Source of the DNA: an uncultured virus (IMG/VR IMGVR_UViG_3300010158_000053)
Taxonomy: Duplodnaviria; Heunggongvirae; Uroviricota; Caudoviricetes
Virus record (IMG/VR): IMGVR_UViG_3300010158_000053
Span: 1 to 64,000 of that record
Length of the DNA: 64,000 bases
Direction: 5' to 3' (one strand)
Under the pieces are notes generated by a model. The model made no database searches and was not told where the DNA came from. It worked only from the letters and a program-made list of their open reading frames with translations. Positions within the stretch are counted from its first letter, which is position 1, and each line of letters begins with the position of its first letter. Shown in pieces: positions 10,766-19,244 of this stretch. The translations under genes and the position numbers were made by a program.

Positions 10766-11040
10766 TTGCTAACTTTATCAAAAATAGGTTTTTGTGTTTT
10801 ATACCACTCAATCCAATTATCAACTTTGATCTTACATTCGTAATATGATCCATAATTACTTGATACAACTGACATAACATCAGTAAGTTTATCAGTAGCA
10901 GGATCTACTAATGCTAGATCTGGACACGCTTCCAACAATTCTTGTGGCACTTCTGGAAATTTAGCCATTATTGGTACTGCATCATCCTTGCACCCTGCAA
11001 GAATAAACAACGGAAACAATAATATGATTAACTTTTTCAT
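10762..11040 (-). CDS. Putative outer-membrane spanin (Rz1-like lipoprotein)
   Basis: Lipobox LAGC, Pro-rich FPEVP..CPDL, follows i-spanin candidate. Confidence 0.65.
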   Translation of the reverse strand: MKKLIILLFPLFILAGCKDDAVPIMAKFPEVPQELLEACPDLALVDPATDKLTDVMSVVSSNYGSYYECKIKVDNWIEWYKTQKPIFDKVSK

Positions 11041-11522
11041 TTATCGCCTTCTAGAGTTAATGGATTTTTTGCAGCCTTATTAAGTATTTTAGGCACAACT
11101 GGATCTAACTTGCATTCACTGTCAATTAGTTTTTCAACTTCTTTGATTTCCTGCTGTATAACAACTTGAGTATCGTGGATGATTTTCTTTTGTTTTACAA
11201 TTTTAGTCTTTATTACTACATTGGCTTCTTTTGATTGTGCTTCTGCTGCTACAACTTTTGCCTCGGCCTGTTTAACTTTTTCTTGCCATTTTATTTCAGT
11301 AGTATATCCACCATAACAGAACAATCCTGCAGATATCAAAACTACGCCACCAACTTCTGATAGTAAAGGATACTGTCCTAAAAATGGAATATATTTAAAT
11401 GGGAAACTTCTAAAGAATTTACTGCCGATATAACTGATTAGTCCGACATATATAAATGCGTAATAAATTTGAAGTAAAATACTATCCGGTATCAATCCAA
11501 TCACCCAATATATTTGATCCAT
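11037..11522 (-). CDS. Putative inner-membrane spanin (Rz-like)
   Basis: N-terminal TM segments then coiled coil with C-terminal Cys. Confidence 0.6.
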   Translation of the reverse strand: MDQIYWVIGLIPDSILLQIYYAFIYVGLISYIGSKFFRSFPFKYIPFLGQYPLLSEVGGVVLISAGLFCYGGYTTEIKWQEKVKQAEAKVVAAEAQSKEANVVIKTKIVKQKKIIHDTQVVIQQEIKEVEKLIDSECKLDPVVPKILNKAAKNPLTLEGDK

Positions 11523-11523
11523 A

Positions 11524-12282
11524 TTACCACCTATCTTTTTGGATAACAACTGCTCGATCACCGTTTCTAATTAGAAACTTATCGCCAATCTTATTAATAT
11601 CGTAATTTCCTAAATACTTGTGCAAAAACATTGTTTGACTTTGACTGCTTTCGTCTAAACTTAGCGCACCTGGTAGTGTTTGTTTTACATCTTCGTAATC
11701 ACCTATGCCAACAAACTTTGTTACAATGTCACCGCTATATGTTTTGCTGAATGTAAGTGTGTTGTCTGATTCTAAGGCAATGTCTACACTGCCTTGATCA
11801 AAGAATTCTTGTACATCAGTTGTTTTGATTTCTAGAATTTTGTTATCGTATTCTTCTGGAGTCATTGGAATATGTTCCAAAACAGATTTATCATCAAACT
11901 CGACACTATTGGGAGATTTTTGATATCTAAAACGCCAATCGTAATTGTCAGTTAACTGTCCAATGCCGTCTAGTAAATGTCTAAGGTTACGTGGAAGGTT
12001 TTTATTTCTTTCTAATTCAACAAACACTTGATATTGACCATCGTGTTCTTCGCCGGTACTCATATCAGCATCTAATACATATGTGTAACCTTTTTCAATA
12101 AACTCTACCAAGTCCATTGCTGGGTATTTTTCTTTGACACGAAAACCTAGTACAACAACATCACCGTCGTTGCCCATTTTACTCTTATACTGGTCTACAG
12201 TAAAAAGATCACTTACAAATTCTTTTAGATCACCGCTATGTAATCCTTCAGATAGATTACGCTTCTGGTATTGTTGTGTCAT
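11524..12282 (-). CDS. Hypothetical phage protein
   Basis: About 252 aa, probable start MTQQYQ. Confidence 0.7.
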   Translation of the reverse strand: MTQQYQKRNLSEGLHSGDLKEFVSDLFTVDQYKSKMGNDGDVVVLGFRVKEKYPAMDLVEFIEKGYTYVLDADMSTGEEHDGQYQVFVELERNKNLPRNLRHLLDGIGQLTDNYDWRFRYQKSPNSVEFDDKSVLEHIPMTPEEYDNKILEIKTTDVQEFFDQGSVDIALESDNTLTFSKTYSGDIVTKFVGIGDYEDVKQTLPGALSLDESSQSQTMFLHKYLGNYDINKIGDKFLIRNGDRAVVIQKDRW

Positions 12283-12793
12283 CTGTTTGTCCTGGTTCTT
12301 CTTGTGCAACTTCGCCTGTTTCACTAGTGCCGTCTTGTTTATACTTCATCAACTCGGCCATTTGATTATGTGTTTGATTTTCTTTGCCAACGTAAATGTC
12401 TTGCATTAATTTCTTTGGCATAGTAATATCCACTACCCAAACAGGGTGTGCATCAATCTTGCCCTTTTTAGTACCAGGACGAAAATCTCCAGGAGTTTTA
12501 ATCTTGCGTGGTACCATAATGTGTTCACGCTTGTAAACTACTTGGCATCCATAATCGTATAGACGTTTAGCGCCTTCTGGGTCTGGCATATCTTCACGGT
12601 CCCACATAAAACTACATTTAACGCTGTAACGGCCTACATCGGGGCCAACACATAGTTCGCCATCTTCCCAGTTTTTAAAAACATAGATATCTAGTTCGTC
12701 AATAACTCTTTCAAAATCTTTAATGATTTTAAAAGCATCGTTATTTTCGCTTAGACTTTGTATGTTTTTAATAGTATCTACAATATCGTGCAT
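12257..12793 (-). CDS. Hypothetical phage protein
   Basis: 178 aa; TATAAATA upstream. Confidence 0.7.
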   Translation of the reverse strand: MHDIVDTIKNIQSLSENNDAFKIIKDFERVIDELDIYVFKNWEDGELCVGPDVGRYSVKCSFMWDREDMPDPEGAKRLYDYGCQVVYKREHIMVPRKIKTPGDFRPGTKKGKIDAHPVWVVDITMPKKLMQDIYVGKENQTHNQMAELMKYKQDGTSETGEVAQEEPGQTDDTTIPEA

Positions 12794-12813
12794 AGTGGTT
12801 CTCTTTATTCAAT

Positions 12814-12821
12814 TATTTATA
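12814..12821 (-). promoter_or_regulatory. T4-late-like promoter TATAAATA
   Basis: Exact TATAAATA 20 nt before the operon containing lysis genes; TAAATA recurs upstream of structural genes. Confidence 0.55.
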
Positions 12822-12938
12822 TAGATTAAGATTTAAAATTGATCAAACTGTTGACAGCGTTTTGACCCCTTTTGGGCTGGTTTTTGAATAGGAGTGTAAA
12901 TATCTATGCAGGTCGATCTTCAATAATGGAGGCATAAT

Positions 12939-13703
12939 TTGTCCAGAGCAAACAAAAGACGAAGCGAAAAAGATCAGGTACATCGAGATCCGCGATTGTT
13001 ACCTGACGCAAATACTAACTTGATTCAGATCAAACCGTATTTGAAAAGAAATAAGCAGGTATCTATAGTTCCGCGCAATCTAGCGCAGGAACAATACTTA
13101 GAACTGCTAAAAAATCCCAAGAAATTCATTGTATTTGCCATCGGGCCAGCAGGCACGGGTAAAACAATGTTGGGTGTACAGATGGCTATTAAACTATACA
13201 AAGAGGGGGTGATTAATAAAATTATCATTACAAGGCCAGCTGTAAGTGTTGATGAGGATCACGGGTTCTTACCAGGGACGCTAAATGAAAAAATGGCACC
13301 GTGGACTAGGCCTATTATGGATGTGTTTGAGGAATACTACCATCCAAAAGAAATTGCAGAAATGCTAGATGACGGTGTGATTGAAATTAGTCCACTTGCA
13401 TATATGCGTGGACGCACTTTTAAAAATGCATTTGTCGTTGCAGATGAAATGCAGAATGCTACACCCAGTCAGATGAAAATGTTACTTACCCGTTTAGGCG
13501 ATGGAAGCCGTATGGTAGTAACTGGAGACTTAAACCAAGCTGATCGTCCTAGAGAGAATGGACTGCTAGAATTTTGTAATTTATACGGCCGAGGAGGTGA
13601 TTATCGTATGATTGCTATGGCACAGTTTGGAACGGAACACGTTGAACGTCATCCAGTTGTCAGAGAAATATTAAAAATCTATGAGGAAGATACAGACGAA
13701 TAA
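12939..13703 (+). CDS. phoH: PhoH family ATPase
   Basis: GPAGTGKT, GFLPG, LAYMRGRTF, DEMQN, TGDLNQ; GGAGG RBS, TTG start. Confidence 0.93.
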   Translation: MSRANKRRSEKDQVHRDPRLLPDANTNLIQIKPYLKRNKQVSIVPRNLAQEQYLELLKNPKKFIVFAIGPAGTGKTMLGVQMAIKLYKEGVINKIIITRPAVSVDEDHGFLPGTLNEKMAPWTRPIMDVFEEYYHPKEIAEMLDDGVIEISPLAYMRGRTFKNAFVVADEMQNATPSQMKMLLTRLGDGSRMVVTGDLNQADRPRENGLLEFCNLYGRGGDYRMIAMAQFGTEHVERHPVVREILKIYEEDTDE

Positions 13704-13730
13704 TATACCAACCTAATTTTTTACAATAGG

Positions 13731-13773
13731 AAACCGCGTAGTAAACGACCTGCATCGACTACGCGGTTTTGTT
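13731..13773. terminator. Bidirectional terminator between phoH and clamp loader
   Basis: 12-bp stem AAACCGCGTAGT/ACTACGCGGTTT with T-rich flank. Confidence 0.7.
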
Positions 13774-14697
13774 TTATTGTAAACGAGCCAATTTTACCAT
13801 AACTGCTGCAAGATTGATTTCACTATCAGCACAAATAGTATGATCAACCAAGCCCTGCTTGATAATCAATACAGCACTGTCTTTCTGTTCTTCAGTGGTA
13901 CCAAAGTATTCTAAATGGTCATACATCCAACGATAGATGTCTTCCATTTCTTCTGGCCTTGCAGATGCGCATACCAATTTACGTGCCTGTGCAATTTGGC
14001 CCTTCTTAAACAAATCTACCATTTCTAATTTATAGTCAGCCGTTGAATCAGACTCTTCGGGAATAGTCAACTTTCCACCCACGCTATTCATTTGCACATT
14101 GTTGATACACTTGCGCAAATCAGGGTAAGTGGCATTCACATATGTGTCTAATGTATCGAGATCGAAGTCAATGTTTTCATCGACCAAAATAGTTGCTACC
14201 CTTGTTGTAAATTCCGTCAAATCGGTACGCTCAATATGGAAACCTTGGCAACGACTATGCAATGCTGGAATAATACGATTCTTGTAATTACAAGTTAGGA
14301 TAAATCTCACACTATTGGAATATTCTTCCATAAGATTACGCAATGCTGGTTGTACTGATTGGGCATTCAAAAAGTCGGCTTCGTCAATAAGAACAATCTT
14401 AAATTCACCAAAGGGCATTGTTTGACAAAATCCAATTAGTTTGTCAACCCATTCAATTTTACGACCTTCCTTACTACCATTAGCGTACAGTACATCGCTA
14501 TCTTCGACACCCAGTTTATTGATAAGGATTTTAGCAAGGGTAGTTTTGCCAACTCCGGCAGTACCGCTAAACAATAAATGCGGAATCATTCCATCGGCAA
14601 TCCAAGATTCAATTTGCTTCTTTTGATTGCTATCTTTAAAAACGTATCCGTCGAAAGTATCAGGACGGTATTTTTCTACCCAAAGTTCTTTTGCCAT
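13774..14697 (-). CDS. Sliding-clamp loader subunit (RFC small/T4 gp44-like)
   Basis: LWVEKYRP, GTAGVGKT, DEAD, FILTCN, SRC motifs. Confidence 0.92.
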   Translation of the reverse strand: MAKELWVEKYRPDTFDGYVFKDSNQKKQIESWIADGMIPHLLFSGTAGVGKTTLAKILINKLGVEDSDVLYANGSKEGRKIEWVDKLIGFCQTMPFGEFKIVLIDEADFLNAQSVQPALRNLMEEYSNSVRFILTCNYKNRIIPALHSRCQGFHIERTDLTEFTTRVATILVDENIDFDLDTLDTYVNATYPDLRKCINNVQMNSVGGKLTIPEESDSTADYKLEMVDLFKKGQIAQARKLVCASARPEEMEDIYRWMYDHLEYFGTTEEQKDSAVLIIKQGLVDHTICADSEINLAAVMVKLARLQ

Positions 14698-14698
14698 T

Positions 14699-14911
14699 TT
14701 AAATTACCTTTCCTAATACTTTATAAATTAATTGATCCACTAGATCATCATAGTCTTGTCCATTACGTCGACGCAGCCAAATTGCCTCGACTATTTCTTT
14801 AGCATCACCCTCATACTCTACAGGCAATCCGCCTCGATGCTCTAATTCTTCAATTAGATCAGCAGTATCAAAATCTGCTAGATCTACTTCAACTTCTGTA
14901 GTAACATACAT
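14699..14911 (-). CDS. Hypothetical protein
   Basis: 70 aa, tightly packed. Confidence 0.65.
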   Translation of the reverse strand: MYVTTEVEVDLADFDTADLIEELEHRGGLPVEYEGDAKEIVEAIWLRRRNGQDYDDLVDQLIYKVLGKVI

Positions 14912-15102
14912 TATACAAAATCCTTATACATTAGTTTGGCGCCTTCTTCACCTAATTCATTTAGTAATATTTCGTGAGTGCGTTGCATCATAGCACAGGC
15001 CATCATTAGCAAATCTTGTCTGTCATCACACATTAAAATTTGCTGCTCTACTGGTGCCATCAGTTCTGACATTCGCTTTTTAGTTGCTTCTTTATCAATC
15101 AT
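14911..15102 (-). CDS. Hypothetical protein
   Basis: 63 aa, translationally coupled. Confidence 0.65.
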   Translation of the reverse strand: MIDKEATKKRMSELMAPVEQQILMCDDRQDLLMMACAMMQRTHEILLNELGEEGAKLMYKDFV

Positions 15103-15275
15103 ACCATTTCCTCAACAATTCCTAATACTTCTGCCATTATAAAACAAATACCTGCCATTAGCAAGTTTCCTGTAATCAAACAACCACCTGCTACAATACG
15201 TACAGCACTCTTTACAAGGCTAACATAAAAATGACCCTTGCTTGTATCTTTAGGTTGTATTTCAAAATTATCCAC
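15099..15275 (-). CDS. Small membrane protein (58 aa)
   Basis: GTG start with GGAG RBS; ...HFYVSLVKSAVRIVAGGCLI...; ATGA overlap with next gene. Confidence 0.55.
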   Translation of the reverse strand: MDNFEIQPKDTSKGHFYVSLVKSAVRIVAGGCLITGNLLMAGICFIMAEVLGIVEEMV

Positions 15276-15561
15276 GTAGGCTCTCCATTGTAATAATTTT
15301 TGCTAGACTGTGGCCAAGATCCTCATCGTGACTGACAATGTGCAGTTGATTTTGACTTCGATCCTTCTGACGATCATATGTACGAGTTTCGACAATAGTT
15401 CCACCGTTGGCACGATAGATACTTAGGCGAAGTGGTTCCGAACTTAGACTATCGCTATCTGATGCTATGGCAAGTCCTCTAGGATTTTTGCGATTTGAAG
15501 CCATAGATTCTATGTCATTGCTATTAAGCCAATTTTGAAGTCGTCTTTTCAACCAGTTCAT
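15268..15561 (-). CDS. Hypothetical protein
   Basis: 97 aa ORF. Confidence 0.7.
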   Translation of the reverse strand: MNWLKRRLQNWLNSNDIESMASNRKNPRGLAIASDSDSLSSEPLRLSIYRANGGTIVETRTYDRQKDRSQNQLHIVSHDEDLGHSLAKIITMESLRG

Positions 15562-16022
15562 TTCTTTTTTCCTTCTGCTTCTGCTACACGTTTGCGTAGG
15601 CTGCTACTACTAAAGGAATGATCTCGCCCGTTATAAACAATTTCAATCCCACGCTTGAGACAAATTTCACGTCCTGTAAACTCTTTGTCTTTATACTCTA
15701 CACCTAATATTCTAACGTCAACAGGCAAAATAAGCAAGAGATCTTCTAGATCTTTTTCTGTCTGATAGACTACTACTTCGTCCACATTACGATTTGTGCT
15801 GACCTGTATTTGTCGTTCTACAATACTTTGAATTGGCGGATTTTTACTATCAGGACGATCGATGGTTGGATCTGTTTGTAATGCTGCAATTAAATAATCG
15901 CAATGGTTCTTTGCTTCGGCCAACATAGCCACGTGCCCTGCGTGGAATAAGTCAAATGAGCTAAACACTACACCAACTTTCAATCCATCTTGTTTTAGTT
16001 GTTTTATTTTATTGAATATCAT
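15558..16022 (-). CDS. Cytidylyltransferase (TagD/glycerol-3-phosphate CTase-like)
   Basis: FDLFHAGH and RDHSFSSSSLR motifs. Confidence 0.85.
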   Translation of the reverse strand: MIFNKIKQLKQDGLKVGVVFSSFDLFHAGHVAMLAEAKNHCDYLIAALQTDPTIDRPDSKNPPIQSIVERQIQVSTNRNVDEVVVYQTEKDLEDLLLILPVDVRILGVEYKDKEFTGREICLKRGIEIVYNGRDHSFSSSSLRKRVAEAEGKKK

Positions 16023-16272
16023 TTTTGAGTATTTTAATTATTTTTCTCTGCTCTTGTTCTTTGAGCCATTCCAATTCAGTCGTGCCAAATTCTGGACAAC
16101 GACGAATAGCGTCATCTAGTATTTCTTTTATTTGATATAGGTCTTGTTTAGTGCACCAGCCGTTGAATCCGTCAGTATATGGGCTACTGACAGAATATAC
16201 TGCTGCATTTATTTGTTGGACGATGTTGGCAACATCTAATGATTTTTTAAATCCCATACTATAATATAGCAC
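16009..16272 (-). CDS. Hypothetical protein (probable start at MGFKK)
   Basis: ORF follows TTGACA-N17-TATATT promoter at 16263-16291. Confidence 0.65.
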   Translation of the reverse strand: MLYYSMGFKKSLDVANIVQQINAAVYSVSSPYTDGFNGWCTKQDLYQIKEILDDAIRRCPEFGTTELEWLKEQEQRKIIKILKNDIQ

Positions 16273-16294
16273 GGGATTTAAAATGTGTCAACAG

Positions 16295-16636
16295 TTATTT
16301 AGGAACGCCAGTAATTTCATTACCTGGTTTTTCATCCGATACCATCATAATAGCATCGTTGTCGGCCAATTGAATTTTTGTAATTGTGCCATCTTCGTTT
16401 TCATATTCGGCTGCACGACTCCAACGACCGTGTTCTAATAGAATCCATTCTCCTACTTTGACTTCTGTTTGTTCTGGACCCACTGCCCAAACTCGACCCC
16501 ACCGTGGTTTGATACCATCAGCTTTGCCATTATCACTTTTTAAGATAATTCCGCCTTTGGTAATTTCTTCACCAAACTCCATATCGGAGAATAATACGCG
16601 ATCGCGTAATGGTGTAAGTGTTCCTGTTACTTTCAT
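16295..16636 (-). CDS. groES: Co-chaperonin GroES-like
   Basis: PLRDRVL, TKGGIIL, VWAVGP, VKVGE motifs. Confidence 0.85.
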   Translation of the reverse strand: MKVTGTLTPLRDRVLFSDMEFGEEITKGGIILKSDNGKADGIKPRWGRVWAVGPEQTEVKVGEWILLEHGRWSRAAEYENEDGTITKIQLADNDAIMMVSDEKPGNEITGVPK

Positions 16637-16893
16637 AGTTCGCCTTGTGCTTTCTTTTTATCAACTTGTGGTTTAATTCCCACAGGCCCGCTTGCTGGGA
16701 CGGCACGTGCCTTTGTATTTGCTTCGTGATAAGTTGCAGCCATATCTTCACGGCGTTCGATGATTTGTCCGTTTGGACCAAGTTTATCACCTCGAGCATT
16801 GAACCTAGCATTACCCACAGCCTGCGTTGTTTCATTTTGACGCATCAACTTTTCCATGTCGATTTGCTTACCTCTCATTGACATATGAGCCAT
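16633..16893 (-). CDS. Hypothetical protein
   Basis: 86 aa, AAGGAG RBS. Confidence 0.7.
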   Translation of the reverse strand: MAHMSMRGKQIDMEKLMRQNETTQAVGNARFNARGDKLGPNGQIIERREDMAATYHEANTKARAVPASGPVGIKPQVDKKKAQGEL

Positions 16894-16903
16894 ATCATTC
16901 TCC

Positions 16904-17458
16904 TTATTTTAAAAATTCTGTTATATCTAAGTCGTATCGAAGACTATCAATTTTATGTATACCAATTAAGTATAGCACATAACTGGCAACACTACTACCT
17001 CTTCCAACACCCCAAAGGATTTTGTTCTCCCTCATTGTGTCAACTAAGTATTTACAATAGTACAAAACCTCTAACATATTATGTTGAATAAACAATTCTA
17101 ACTCTTGAGTTACCCTAGCAGTTTGCTCAGATGTAGTACATTTATCATACAGTTCGTTAATAAGATTGGGACAATATTGTTTGGGCATAAACCAACTAAG
17201 TTGATTCTCCTCATCAAACATTTCAACACTGTCAAATTTGCCGTATTTGAGAATATCTAATTGTGGTATGCGATCGGCATTGATCAATCTAGCATTATTA
17301 TACAATTCAACATTATTAACATATACGCCTTCGAGACTACTGATCTTACCTGTGTATAATGCTTCAAATGCTTCTTGTTCTGTTAATGTGATTTCACCGT
17401 ATTCATTTTTTATCACTGCGTCCGCCCTTAATAACTCGAGGTTCGAATTTAGGGCCAT
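16904..17458 (-). CDS. Stand-alone DNA polymerase III alpha (DnaE) fragment; probable GTG start near 17416
   Basis: RVTQELELF...LVDTMR...WGVGRGSSVASYVLYLIGI..IDSLRYDL...FL. Confidence 0.75.
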   Translation of the reverse strand: MALNSNLELLRADAVIKNEYGEITLTEQEAFEALYTGKISSLEGVYVNNVELYNNARLINADRIPQLDILKYGKFDSVEMFDEENQLSWFMPKQYCPNLINELYDKCTTSEQTARVTQELELFIQHNMLEVLYYCKYLVDTMRENKILWGVGRGSSVASYVLYLIGIHKIDSLRYDLDITEFLK

Positions 17459-17957
17459 CGCTTAGGTCTAGATCATCCCAGGTCAAATCAATGCCTGTAC
17501 CTGTATCTAAATTATCCATATTCCACCAATTGTGATCGCCTGCTAAATCTAATCCAGTTTCTTCTGGATCTCGTATACAGTATTGTACGTGATCACCTAT
17601 TGCACTGTCAATAGTAATGAAACCAATTTCAAAATATTTGTGAGTAATAATTTGAAATTTTCTCATTAACACACTGCCTACAAAGTAGTCATATGGTTCT
17701 GTAGGAAATTGTACCAAGTTGGTATCAACATTTTGCAATGAGTCGGATAAAAAATGAGTTTGGTTTAATACAATACTGTTGTTCAGACAAGTATCAACAA
17801 ACGTTCTCAATCTTCTAAATCCCAGTGCAAGTGTTGGCGGATCGGCAGGTTCAATTCCTATACTAATATTATAATGATTGGGAATTACAATGGTGTTGGT
17901 AATTAGTGTACATATAAAACTAGTGGGCCAAACATATGGTTCTAAATCAATCAACAT
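17403..17957 (-). CDS. Hypothetical protein
   Basis: 184 aa ORF. Confidence 0.7.
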   Translation of the reverse strand: MLIDLEPYVWPTSFICTLITNTIVIPNHYNISIGIEPADPPTLALGFRRLRTFVDTCLNNSIVLNQTHFLSDSLQNVDTNLVQFPTEPYDYFVGSVLMRKFQIITHKYFEIGFITIDSAIGDHVQYCIRDPEETGLDLAGDHNWWNMDNLDTGTGIDLTWDDLDLSDGPKFEPRVIKGGRSDKK

Positions 17958-18192
17958 TAATTAAATCGTCCAATCCACTGTCTTGATTATTTTTGTTTAG
18001 TGCTTTTAAAGAAGCCATTTGTCTTTGCTGTTGTTCAGTTTTGAATGCGTCTAAATTAAGAGCAATCTGTTGGGCAGCACTTCCTTGACCCAGACGCATT
18101 GCAATATAATATTTTTTTGTAAGTTCAAATATTTTATTCTCTAGGTCTTCAGTTTTTAATTTACTTAAATTTCCCAATAGAGGATTAAACAT
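17947..18192 (-). CDS. Hypothetical protein
   Basis: 81 aa ORF. Confidence 0.7.
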   Translation of the reverse strand: MFNPLLGNLSKLKTEDLENKIFELTKKYYIAMRLGQGSAAQQIALNLDAFKTEQQQRQMASLKALNKNNQDSGLDDLINVD

Positions 18193-19220
18193 TAGACAAC
18201 TTTCATAATGTATGCAAGTGCGTAGAATGGTGGCAAGTTGGCATATGTAGTATCAGTACCAGCATTTGCTATACTAATATTAGTATTAGCAATACCAGTT
18301 TCAAACCCCCCGGGCCCAGTTGCTATGAACTGTACTGATCCACCATTTGCTGTTGGGTTAGTAGTAGCATTGCCAGCAGCATTTAGTGAGTGATTGTGTC
18401 CATTATCATTTACTCCGTGTGTATGAATTGGTAATGAACTAGCAGCACTACCGCCAGTACTTAACGGGGTAGACGTTACATTAGATGTTGGAACCCCATT
18501 GTAATCAGCATTGGCGCCAATAACAAACATATTTGTTAAATTTGGAGTACCATTAGTGCCATCGCATAATGCCCATCCATTTGGAATAGTTGCAATTGTG
18601 CCATACCACAAGGTAATCATACCATATGGTAATGCAGTTTCGATTGCTGAAGCAACTTGTTTAGGGTTAACTGCTATATAGTCAGTTGGAAACAATGGGT
18701 TGGTAAAAAACCCCTCATAAATTCCCTGTGTAATATTTTGGTCGGCATATACAACAGAATTGACTGCGTCAACTTGTACAACATTAAATGTTAAAGTAGA
18801 TTGGGCGCCAGTTAATGTAAATGTGCCACCCACTTGAATATTTTGAACGTGCCCGTTAACTGTAAGTTTTTCACCAGTAGTATTAGCAATAACACTTGCA
18901 GTTAATACATTTGGAAATACCGCAATTTTTCCAGACATTCCATCGGCACTGACCAATAGTGTATTGTCGCTACCGGTTGTAATAACAGCAGTTCCACCAA
19001 TATTCAAAGATGTATTTGCAGTAATATAAGTACCAGTTACGTTTGGAGCGTTAACATCCAAAGTAACATCGGCTAAAGTTCCAATATAACTGTTCATTGC
19101 ACCCAATGCAACTTGAATGTTATTAAAATTATTTCTAAAACCCTGTGTGTTATTATCTACCCCAGGTACAGGGAAGTTTGGGTCTATGTTTGCAATAAAG
19201 GTGCTGGCTGTGCTTGACAC
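18192..19220 (-). CDS. Tail fibre/baseplate protein with tail-collar-like domain
   Basis: N-terminal FPVPGVDNNTQGFRNNF; C-terminal IPNGWALCDGTNGTPNL...NLPPFYALAYIMK. Confidence 0.75.
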   Translation of the reverse strand: MSSTASTFIANIDPNFPVPGVDNNTQGFRNNFNNIQVALGAMNSYIGTLADVTLDVNAPNVTGTYITANTSLNIGGTAVITTGSDNTLLVSADGMSGKIAVFPNVLTASVIANTTGEKLTVNGHVQNIQVGGTFTLTGAQSTLTFNVVQVDAVNSVVYADQNITQGIYEGFFTNPLFPTDYIAVNPKQVASAIETALPYGMITLWYGTIATIPNGWALCDGTNGTPNLTNMFVIGANADYNGVPTSNVTSTPLSTGGSAASSLPIHTHGVNDNGHNHSLNAAGNATTNPTANGGSVQFIATGPGGFETGIANTNISIANAGTDTTYANLPPFYALAYIMKVV

Positions 19221-19244
19221 TGATTAATCTCCAATTTGTATTAT

